DNA from: the human T2T-CHM13v2.0 reference genome, Homo sapiens
Assembly (NCBI RefSeq): GCF_009914755.1
Contig: NC_060929.1
Direction: 5' to 3' (one strand)
Length of the DNA stretch: 64,000 nucleotides
Part shown: positions 53,160 through 64,000 of the stretch, piece after piece
How positions within the stretch are numbered: the first letter of the stretch is position 1
Layout of the letters: each line of letters begins with the position of its first letter
Made by a program: the position numbers and the translations under genes
The notes under the pieces: model-generated
What the model saw: only the letters and a program-made list of their open reading frames with translations
The model's database searches: none
What the model was told of the DNA's origin: nothing

Positions 53160-55304
53160 CTGTGAGGAAGAGCAGGAAAAAGGAGTGAGTGAGGTCCACA
53201 TGGTCTAAATCACCCAGGTAGTTCTGGGTGCTTGTTTGCAAAAGATCAATGACTTTAATGGACTGAAACAATCATTTAAAAAAAAATTACATAGAATAAT
53301 TTCTAAGATGAGAATTGTTGTGTTTAATGTCTCCATTTTTTGCCAGCTCATTGTTTTTGAAACATTTTCTCCTGGGAATATTCGGATGTTACTATACATG
53401 CTGCCGAAGTGAGCTCAAGATATTCAGATTTTATTCACTTGAAACTGAAGCGTGATGTAAGTAAAAACCGTGCTATAGTTTACGTGTTGTCTAATCTGTT
53501 GCTTTTCACTTCATCCTGTTTCACCCTTTCACTGTGGTTTTGCTTTCTTACAGTGGCTGACTTGCACATGTTTTAACAGAGTGGCGGCTGATTCATTGAA
53601 CAGTTCGAGGGGCAAAGGAAAAGAAGTCCCTTTCACTTGCCATTTTTGGGTGATCCAACAGCCGTCTTGGCTACCAGCAGCTGGCCCCAGCATTACCACT
53701 GGGCTTGACTTGTGTCTCATAATTTCAGTTGTGCCTGGTGTCATTTTCTTATACAACCATTTCTTTATTAAACACAGGGTAAGGGGTGGAGAACCACAAG
53801 CTTTGAAAGGGAATTCTCTTTCTTGGCTATTACAGCTCACACTTGGATTTGTGGTGTTACCATTTGTGCGTTACTATAGGGTAGAAAACTATTTCCATGG
53901 ATGGAAATTGTTAGCCCCCAATTGTGGCTGTTTCTTCAACGTAGTTTTACATGATTTGACTTTATTCTCTAAGTGGCTGTTTATGTTATGCATGAAATCA
54001 TTCTGTTTGCCTCTGGGATTTGTGTGATATGAGGGCAGCTAACTGTTTTTGTTAGGGTTGTTGGTAAAGTGACATATTGTCATGAAAGAATTAGGGGGCA
54101 TTTTGAAAACTGACCTCGAATGCTACTTGTATGCACTGCAGATTTGGAGCAGGATTGCTGAACATTTATCATATCCTAAAGTTAGGCATCTGTCCCCACT
54201 TACATGTCACAGTTTTGGTTGTTTAACACAAAGATTGCCCTGCTGCAAGGCTCTTGCAGATATAACCTGAGAGACTCAGGCTTTCATGCTTTGAATCTTG
54301 AAGGGTCTCTTTTTTTTCGTTTTTTGATTTCGTTTTTTGACTGTCACAACTACTTATGATGGAGCTGAGTTTGACAGGTATAATAGAATGAGAAAAAAAA
54401 TGAGCACAACATGGAGAGCTTATGGAAGTTTCAGAAGAGAGCTCCAAAATGATACAAGATTTGAACATAAATCCCCTTGAGAGAAGCTTCAATACATTTT
54501 GCATTTTTTTTTAAAAAAAAATATATATATATATATCTCTGAGGATGGAGTTAATAATTGTGGCTGGGTCTGCATAACAGACTTCAGATGGCTGGACTTG
54601 GGGGCAACAAAAATGAAGTGGCCTATTTAGTGATGTTTTCCACCACTAAATGTCTGGTTTCAGGCTCAAATCAAACACCAAACCACAGTCTCCACCTACC
54701 CCTAACGTGGCACCTTCCCTGCTACTCTTGTCCAAGACCTCACCAGCGAGAGGGTTTTGTACTACAAAGCTTACTTAAATTTGTTTTTCTTTAATTCTTC
54801 CCCTTTTAGCTAAAAAGTTCTGTGGCCACTCACTTTTTCTTTTAAATTAATTTTGGCTGTAGCTTATTGACCACCATGATGGGTAAATGTCATATGGACC
54901 ATTTCATCATGGCACACATCTGTAGACATTAAAAATGTCACTATGACTTGAGAATAAAATGCTTACAGTGCTGGTGAGGCTGTGCACTGGAGGATGCAGA
55001 CTCAGCCCCGGACGCCCTTTACAGGCTTCTCAGAGTCCCACAGGAGCCCAGGAACATTGATTTTCTGCATGTAAACTAGGACATCCTTTTCTTCTTGTAT
55101 TCAACAGTAAGCGTCATCTTAGCCGTGAGATTTGCACTACTGACTGCTAGGCCAGCTCACGTCATCATTGAATACACACAAAAAAATCTTAACAGGAAGG
55201 AAACAATACCCTTCAATTTATTCTATAGCTGCGACTCCTTGGAACTTCTGCATCCCAGTCATGGAGACCCACGTTCAACGTGCAGATTGATCTTTATTGA
55301 TCTT

Positions 55305-55435
55305 TAAATATTCATTGATCACATAACATGAGCAAAGTACTATCCTAGCAACCAAGAATCAGTGACGTATAAGACACAGCTCCTACTGTTAACCAATTGT
55401 ATTTTCATGGTGGAGAGAAAGGACATGAACAAGCA
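55305..55435 (-). mobile_element. L2 3' fragment
   Basis: AAATATTCATTGA...TACTATCCTAG...CAGTGA...AAGACACAGCTCCT resembles the reverse strand of the L2 tail. Confidence 0.5.
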
Positions 55436-55599
55436 TCCCAGTTCAGGGAGGTGTGCTGGAGATGGAAGAAGACACAGGTGCCCCTGAAGCACAGGGGACT
55501 TGACCAGATGCTGTGAGAAGCAGGTGCTTTGGAGAAAGAGCTGGGTGGGGTCTCAAGTGGGGATCGGCAAGGCCCCTTCCAGCGTCACCCCGTGCTACG

Positions 55600-55780
55600 A
55601 TTGCCCATATTTGTCCAGTGGGAGCCCCTGCACTGGCACTCTTGTCCTTTGGACATAGTCCTAGTGTGGCATCCTTTCTTGTTTGCATGACAAGGCATCA
55701 CAGACTCATCTTTTCCATGTCCAGCCCCAGTCGTGGAATCAGCCATTTCCCCAGGGAATCCTTAGTAGCTCCTTAGTGGT
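55600..55780 (-). mobile_element. L1MC4/5-like 3' UTR fragment
   Basis: CCAGTGGGAGCCCCT...GTCCTTTGGACAT...CTCATCTT...GGAATCAGCCATTTCCCCAGGGA. Confidence 0.6.
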
Positions 55781-56590
55781 GTCATTTGGATGTCAGGTAA
55801 ACTAATATTTGCTTAATAAAAAGTGTGCTTTTCAGAATTTGGAGGTACAACTATAAAAATTATTTATTGTACCTTTTCCAGTGTAAGCATATATCCTCCC
55901 ATGGTGTTGGCATCATGAAAAAGTGTACAGCTTCAATAACAGGAGGTTAGTGAAAGGTGTTTGAACATTTTGTTAGATAATGTTATGCTTGCATAGGGTA
56001 TACAACATTTGTATTTAATGGTGAATGCATTTTAAAGTCAATAATTCTTAAGATTCCAGCTTGTCAGTTTATCCTAAATATTTTAATGAGCTCTAACTAA
56101 TGCAGCTTGAAGTTAAATAAACATTTAGGAAGTTAATTATTTTCCACTTAAATAAGAACAGCAAGACATTATTCTCCAGACAAAACTGGTGCATACTAGA
56201 AACTATCTGGAGGCACATGTAAGGGTGAGACTCCAGCGGACTTCTCCACAAGGCAGATCTGCGGCCCCGACCTGCAGGGAGTGAGGAGAGCAGCAAAGTG
56301 TTCGCCACACAGAAATACAGACAGGAATCTCAGCCCATGAACTGTCGTGGCTTCTGGAGACACACAGGGGATGTGATAATAAACTAGGAGACCTGAGCTT
56401 CAGTGCTGCTTCTGCCTCTGCATAGCAATGTGACTGGTGACTGATCGCCCTGTCCCTGGACTCACCTTGTAAGCCTGTAAAGAGATGGAGCTGAACCTCC
56501 TGATCAGAAGGATGTGTGTTCCAAGGCATGCCAGGACCTCGGACCACCGTGGATCTGAAATGCTGCTGATCTTAAATGTGCTGCAGAGAG

Positions 56591-56956
<366 letters not shown>

Positions 56957-59189
56957 TCAGCTGGTCTGAAGGAAACTTCCAGAACAAACCATTTTCGTAG
57001 ACAGGCATGAAGGGTGATAGTCGTGGACCTGCGCAGGCACAGATACAACCTTAAATTCTGGGGAATTGTAATTATTAATTTTCCTTTGCCTGAAATGTAG
57101 GCTGCCCCCATTTCTTTATTTTCTTTTTTCTTTTGCAACTTATTTTTTTAGGGTGTTGTTAAGAAATCCATAAGAGCAACTGTGAATACTGAAATCCCTT
57201 TCTTTTTCGTAGAACAAGAAAACTCCTGGCTGCCGTAGGAAGCAAAATCTCATTTCTCCCTAGAAAAAGCAGTCCCTGGAGTGATGAGGAAGAATATTTG
57301 GCAGAAAGATGTCTCAGAGCCCATCTTTGATGCCTCTGCTGTCTATCGAGCTAGCTCTTGTTTTTGCTAGCACTAAATCCCCAAAATACGATTTTCTCCA
57401 CATCTTGAAGCCAAACTTTATTGACAAAAAGTCCCTATTTAAGGATGACCTTTCTGTCCACCTAACCAATTAACCTCCACACCACATTTTTTTAATCCCA
57501 GTTTTGATACTAAATCCAAAGGATGAAGCCAATCTTTCGTGCCTCAATGCGGCTGGGTTTCCTGAGGGCTGCAGCTCTGGGCCCCTCCTGCTAACTGCTG
57601 TCAGCAGCGATAAGTCACCTGTGGATCTCGAGCTGTGCCAGAGGCCACATTTGTTTCCAGGACGTGTCTGACCCTGTTGACTGTTTCACAGGCTGTCTCA
57701 GAGGTCTGTGGTCACTTTATGGTGTGGTGACATCCAGCAGATACCAGGTGGAATTCATTCATTTAAAATGTGAAAAATAGAAGGAATAGAGAACTTTAGG
57801 TCATGCGTTTTATTGCTTACTACTTTTAGGAGCTTTAAGCAAAACACATGTTCTTTTATTAGTTTATTTCTCTCAACATGCTAGCTGGTAATACTTCTTT
57901 AAGTAGAAGTTAATTTTTAAAAAGCGTGTTTACAGTAAGTTGGAGGAAAAGCTCAGATTGCTAATATCCCTGACAGGAGAATTGCCTGCAAGACTCTTAT
58001 AACTAGTTGGATTCCAGGTTGCATCCCAGGGGCCATTTATATTGGAAGGTTTTTCCCAGACCTTGGTCAAATGAAGAATGAGCTATTCTGGAAACAACCT
58101 GTCTACAGGTATCTTAATATCTGGCATGTAATTTATTAAATATATCCATCGGGACAAATTTTTAAATACATAGATAATTCTAAAATTTAAACTGGACTTG
58201 AACTCTTGCTATGACACCTCTACAATTGTAAAAACCACATTAGAGTTCTTCTATGAGCCTCTTTAAAAACTGGCCCATTCCAAGGATTCTAAAGAATTCT
58301 AATGGTTTCAAAATGTTTTCTTCTATCAAGCCAACATTTGCTTTTTTGTTACTTTCACTTATTGGCAAAAATTTTCCTTGGGGGGAGAATACAGGTTAGA
58401 TCCACTCTGTTTCCCTCTTAAAATATCGGACTCTCAAGCCAAGTGTTAGGCATCTTTGGTTCTGTTGAGGGATTCATGACCCCTCAGTGACGTAGTGTTG
58501 GAGAAGACACTGGACTCTCTTGAACCTCAGTTTTCTCCCCTGTAAAAGGGAATATAGCGTCCTCTGGTGTTCTGGATTAACAAAGTGTTTTGGGAAATAC
58601 AAAGCTGCACCCTGTGGGATTATTGTGGGATTCACAGTGACAATAAGGCTGTGTCAAGGTGTCACGCCCTTCCGGTCATCTCTTCTTCAACATTCGCACT
58701 CATCATTGTCTTTGGTGACTCTTTCACAGAGCACAAATCAGTCCAGCTACTGTTGAACTATTATAGGTCACTCTGGGGTTCTTTTTCCTCTTTTGTAGTG
58801 CTCCATATTACCCCCTATGAAGCACTGCACACACCTCTCAGAGGCAGACGCTTCTGTGGCACCAGGCACCATGCTTCCCTCTGACAGGTGTCCTCTTCCA
58901 GGTACAGGGACAAGGCTGCACTTCACCTGCTGAAATCAACATCCATCCTGGCTGTTTCTGCTGCCCGTGTGCCCACCCTCACTTACCCTTGAGGTTCAGC
59001 CTGAGCCCCACACCCAGGAGGTCCTCCCAGGAACAGGGCTTGTTTCATCCTCCACGTCTGACGTCCCCACCCCTCCAGCATGACCTCACTCCACTGCCTT
59101 TGGGTTCAGGTGATTTTCACCTTTGAAGGCAGAGATTAAGCCTAATTTGTTACATTTCTAAGATTTAGTTTAGAGCAAACTAAATGCAC

Positions 59190-59332
59190 CCACACATACA
59201 CACAGATATATATACTACATATACATGTACACATATAATATATACTATAGGTAAACATATATAAAAATGTATATATAAATATATAAACATATATACATAT
59301 ATACATATATGTATAATTATATATATAAATAT
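59190..59332. repeat. (TA)/(CA)-rich degenerate microsatellite
   Basis: AT-rich alternating tract. Confidence 0.85.
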
Positions 59333-59708
59333 AAATGACTGGAATGTTTTCTGAGAAATGTGCATTGCGATTTTATCTTTATGCCAACATCAGAGAGTGC
59401 ACTTAGACAACCTAAATGGTACAGCCTACTACACCTCTAGGCTGTATAATTTAATCTAGGACTCCTAGGCTACAATCCAGTGTAGCATGTGACTGTCCTG
59501 AGTGCTGCAGGCAATTGTAACACAATGGTAGGTATTTGTATAAATATATATTTATACAAATATATTTAAACATGGAATATATATATTAAACTAAATATAT
59601 TTAAACATAGAAAAAATATGTAAAAATATAGTAGTATAATCTTATGGGACTACTGTCATATATATGGACTGTTGCTCACCAAGACCTTGTTATGTGGTGT
59701 GTAACAGA
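59333..59708. mobile_element. Tigger3a (MER7A)-like DNA transposon
   Basis: TTCTGAGAAATG...CAGCCTACTACAC...CTCCTAGGCTACAA...GGCAATTGTAACACAATGGTA...TATAATCTTATGGGAC. Confidence 0.85.
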
Positions 59709-59815
59709 CGTGTGTGTGTGTGTGTGTATATATGTATACACACACACAAACATATACACAGACACACACACACACACATTCTATTGGATTTACTTCTCTG
59801 GAGAACTCTGGTTGA
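59709..59815 (+). repeat. (TG)n/(CA)n microsatellite followed by an MLT2-like 3' terminus
   Basis: CTATTGGATTTACTTCTCTGGAGAACTCTG resembles the MLT2 end seen at 36348-36379. Confidence 0.55.
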
Positions 59816-60894
59816 TCTGATAGATGTTTCTGCGATGCTGGCACATCTTACTTGTTCCCTAGAGTTACTAAACTCTTAGAACAATCTAAGTTTTTCAGAA
59901 TCAACAACAATGGATGTATAATTCTCCCAAGGTTTTTTTTTTAATTTTCAAGCGAATACTTTTCAATCAAATAAGAATGTATTGAGTATCCGACACACTT
60001 CCAAATTAGCACCTGTCATAACTACCTATTTTTTGAACTTCAGTCTGCAAATAAGGAAACTGAGCAGATAATATTCATTTATAGCTATTTGCAAATATAA
60101 CACTATTCCGTGGTCCCGGGAGGGAATTCTCTAGAGTGTCCGGGGTCTCTGTCTTCTGAAATTTTGCAGACCTCAGAAGACACCAGGGTGTGATTAGGGG
60201 ACAAAACAGGGCCATTTGGAGCCACGGGTGGAGGAGCCTCTGTGTTCACACTGCGCTCAACACAAGCCGAGCACGCACATGGCCACGCTCCAAACAGAGC
60301 GGAGCTGTGCGGTTCCAGTCACAGAGGGTCAGGTCCAGCGTTTGCACTGAGGCCTTAAGAAGGCCGAGGTAGGAAAGGCGAGGCCAGAGAGGGGAGCTGG
60401 TTGCGGGGCAGGCATCAGGGAAGCCCGGGAGGGGCTCAGCTTCAAGGCCCCCGGCTGAGCGCATCCTTGAGGAGCCCGTGCCAGTTATTTACTCTGGGAT
60501 TTATCTTGAAGTTCTAGCTCTTTTCTTATTTCTGCCTTTTTGGGAATGAGAAGTTGAAGAAGAAAAAGCTGTTGGGAAACAACGTATCTCTGTTGGAGTG
60601 GAAGTGAAAAAGAAACACAAGTGGGCCGTCTGTGCTATTTTGAAAACAAAACAAATAAGAAAAGAATAAATTATAACTGAGTTCACGCTGAGCACTCACA
60701 AAAGTTTCTTTCAGAGCTCACCCTAACTCCTAGTTTACTGACTTTTAAAAATGCTTTGTTTAGTCAAAACCACATGGCATATCCAGGACAGATCTTTCCT
60801 TCGCCTTAAAGCAATCTTAAGTATAAATAGAGAATACAAAGAAACGGCTAAAAAGGGAATGAATTCTACAGGGAGCCAACACAAACATACATAA

Positions 60895-61045
60895 GACGGC
60901 ATGACGTCACAGCTGAGAAGTGCCCTTCCTGGCACCACATCACATGGCGCAAAGGTTGTTCCCTAATGAGGGTTTTATCTCCTGCGAAGGGCCCTGGGAA
61001 AGGCCACGTGTCAGCACAGCCTTGTCCTACCGGAACTTCTCCTGC
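60895..61045. promoter_or_regulatory. Enhancer-like transcription-factor motif cluster
   Basis: TGACGTCA (60902-60909), CAGCTG (60910), TCACATG (60940), TTATCT (60975), CACGTG (61005) and CCGGAA (61030) within 150 bp of unique, CpG-retaining sequence. Confidence 0.45.
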
Positions 61046-62447
61046 AAGGGAAAGATTCACTTTTGAAAACCATAGACCGTCTGACAAAAATGCATGCGAC
61101 GGAAGAGCATGGGCACATTGGGAATCCGACCACTGTCCAGACAGGTGACGGGTCACTTCTGTGCTCTGAAGCAGCCAGCCCAGGCAAGTGGTGAGGCTGA
61201 GGCTCCTGGCCTCAGCACCTGCTCTGTCCGCAAGCCCACCCGCCCTGCAACCACCGTGTGGGTCCACTGGACACATTGCATCTAGTTGGATGGGTTTGGG
61301 TCATGATTCACTTAGAGGCTAAAGGGGCACCTGCAACGTGGGTATGTCTGGTCATCCTTCTTTAACAACAGCCAACTTGGGAGCCTGGGACATTGACACC
61401 TTGTGCCCAGGCCTGGAGTATTCTCTCCACTTTGGTTTCCCTTTAGGCACCAGCAGGGTGAGGGTGCCTGATAGAGGCTTGCACACACAATGGGATGGGT
61501 CCTGGCCTGGCACTGTAGGTAGAAGCCGGTGCTGCTTCGTGGTGGGGGCCTGTGTCAGGTGAAGATCTGTCAACCGCATGACACAGTGCAGAGATGACTC
61601 CTGACGAATAGACTCTGAAAGGAGTGAGTTTCTTTTAAAATTCTGCTGATAAATCTGCATCCACTTTGAAGCTCCGAGCATTATTTTCTAAGGTTTTTCT
61701 GGTTACACTAATTATATGTTACTAAAAGCAAGCTGTCTTCATTGTGTGTGACAGAGCCCTAAAAATATATTGCTGACTGGAGGAACCCACGTTAATACAG
61801 AAGCCAACTAAATCCCAGGGCCCTATTACAGGATTTCTAAAAGAAGGTTATGGAATGCAGCTATTTGATGACTCAGAAGTGTTTGTCGTCTTATAATTAG
61901 GGAAGCTAGAAGGGGTATTGCAGGCTCGGTGGGATCTACTCAGACATTGGACTGAAAGCTGCAGAGGAGATTGCCTGAGAGGGTCTCGGCAATTCAACAG
62001 GTGGTGGCCTTCCCAAGAATAACGATGCTTTCAGTTTTCTGACTCTTGGTTAGGGTTTTTCAATGTAGGGCTTGTTCCCTGAGATTTGGCCTACACAACC
62101 TGCAGGTGAAGCCCTTAGTATGACCCAGGAGATGCAGCAGAGCCTGCTGCTGGAGCCAGGCATGGCTTTCTTTAGAAGAACCAGAAATGCTGAGACATCT
62201 CTTAAATTTTGAGTGAAAATATCACAGGTACTCTTTTTAGCTTTTGCGCTTGGGAGAAAAACTAAGCCTGCTTACAGTCTTAACCCAGCTAGTGAAGGCT
62301 CCTGGCGGACGTGCACACTAAGCACATCGGATGAGCTGTTTGGACCAGGGTGAGGGCGCACCATCAGGCCCTTCCCGCATCCCTGTTGGCCTCACTGTTC
62401 CTGCAAGACTTACACTGGGGAAACTTTTGAAAATGAAAATGTAACTT

Positions 62448-62801
<354 letters not shown>

Positions 62802-64000
62802 TCAGCAGCTGAGACCCTCAGGCTTGAAAGGAAGGCAGGTGCAGCTGAGGTTTCTTGAACTGCCTGTCTGTGGAACCTTGGGAAGTTGTTTCTGCTTTCT
62901 CTTTTGTAAGAAGGAACACGATTTGCCTTGCTCATCTCAGGAGGCGCTTGAATGAAGCAAATGAATTGATGTGAAGGAAAACACTCTGCAAGTTAGGAAA
63001 TGGTCCTCAAAAGTAGGGAAGACTCCAGCCACAGCAGTGAGCCCTGGCCGAAAGCTGGGGTGACATCTCCTGCTTCTATGCCGGCCCCTCCAGCTGCAGG
63101 CTGCACAGCTGGGCTTCCCTTCACAGTGTCCTGTCAGGATGAATGGGACTGCACGTGATGGAGAAGCTTCCAGACTCAAGCTGACTCTTGGTGATAGTAC
63201 GTTTAAGGTGCTTTTCTCCTTTCACTTCTTGAGGATAGCTGCTGAGCAGTCCAGGATGGAAGGAGGATTTGTGCTTTTGCCTATACGTGTCCCTGGGCGT
63301 TTCTTCATTCGCTGTCCTCTTTTAGGAGCTGTACTTGCAGTGGTGGAGCTGGAAGCCTTCTCTAAGGGCAGTGAAGCCGCACACTTAGAGTTTTCAGGTG
63401 GGCCGCATTGACTTAGATGCAGGTGAGGCCTCTGTGATGCCCTGAGCCAGCCCAGCTCCATGCCGGTGCCAGCCAGGCCCGGCCTCGGTTTTGCTCTGCA
63501 ACAATGGGAAGGTACCCTTTCCTCCTCATGATCCAAAAGTTGCTCTGAAGACGATGTGACAAATGTCACCGTGTGAGGGACCTCGTTTGTGACTCTTGTG
63601 TTCTAAGACCCACGTTGCTTTATTGCCTAGAGGTTCCTGAAAGGAGTGCAAGAGCTGGCCTGTGCTTTGGTGGCTGAAGGAAGCTCTAAAGCTCTTCCAT
63701 GGAGGGCCCGTGTCAGCCACTCTCCCCTTCAGTTAAGTGACGGATGGACTTGCCTGGTTTTAGGATCTTATTCAGCGGCATTTCTTCAAGTGAGTTAATT
63801 GGATACTAAACAATTCTCCATTAACAAATAGAAGCATTTCACGTGGTTTGTAAGTATTGCAAACACCAACACTGTTTATAATATTATACATTATCATAGA
63901 GATGACACCATATAATATTCCACTGAGTTTGGTGCCCAATAATCCAGAAATAGAATAAGCATTGTAGTCAGAATATCATTCAAAGAAGGTCATTAAAGTA

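Noticed and set aside
54503-54536. T9-A9 palindrome followed by (TA)n
   Set aside because: Low-complexity homopolymer junction that is common by chance.

Overview
This window is non-coding primate DNA, most likely human, not prokaryotic. It carries AluJ/S/Y SINEs with target-site duplications (TSDs), L1 elements of several ages, MaLR/ERV solo LTRs, mammalian DNA transposons (MER2, Tigger3a, MADE1), MIR/L2 relics and long simple repeats. I found no supportable protein-coding gene. The long ORFs are low-complexity artefacts or broken L1 ORF1/ORF2 pieces. I could not place the window on a chromosome, and repeat subfamily names come from recalled consensus sequences rather than a search. The most notable signals are: (1) a cluster of well-formed exon candidates on both strands at 16-22.5 kb, suggesting an overlapping sense/antisense lncRNA pair; (2) a nested retroelement block at 41.4-48.8 kb containing a twin-primed L1 and a 44-bp templated insertion apparently copied from the neighbouring L1; (3) a perfect 30-bp palindrome plus duplication inside Tigger3a; (4) a 44-bp ETS-site minisatellite, long triplex- and STR-type arrays, and several enhancer-like motif clusters. 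I see no evidence for a new multi-gene biological system.
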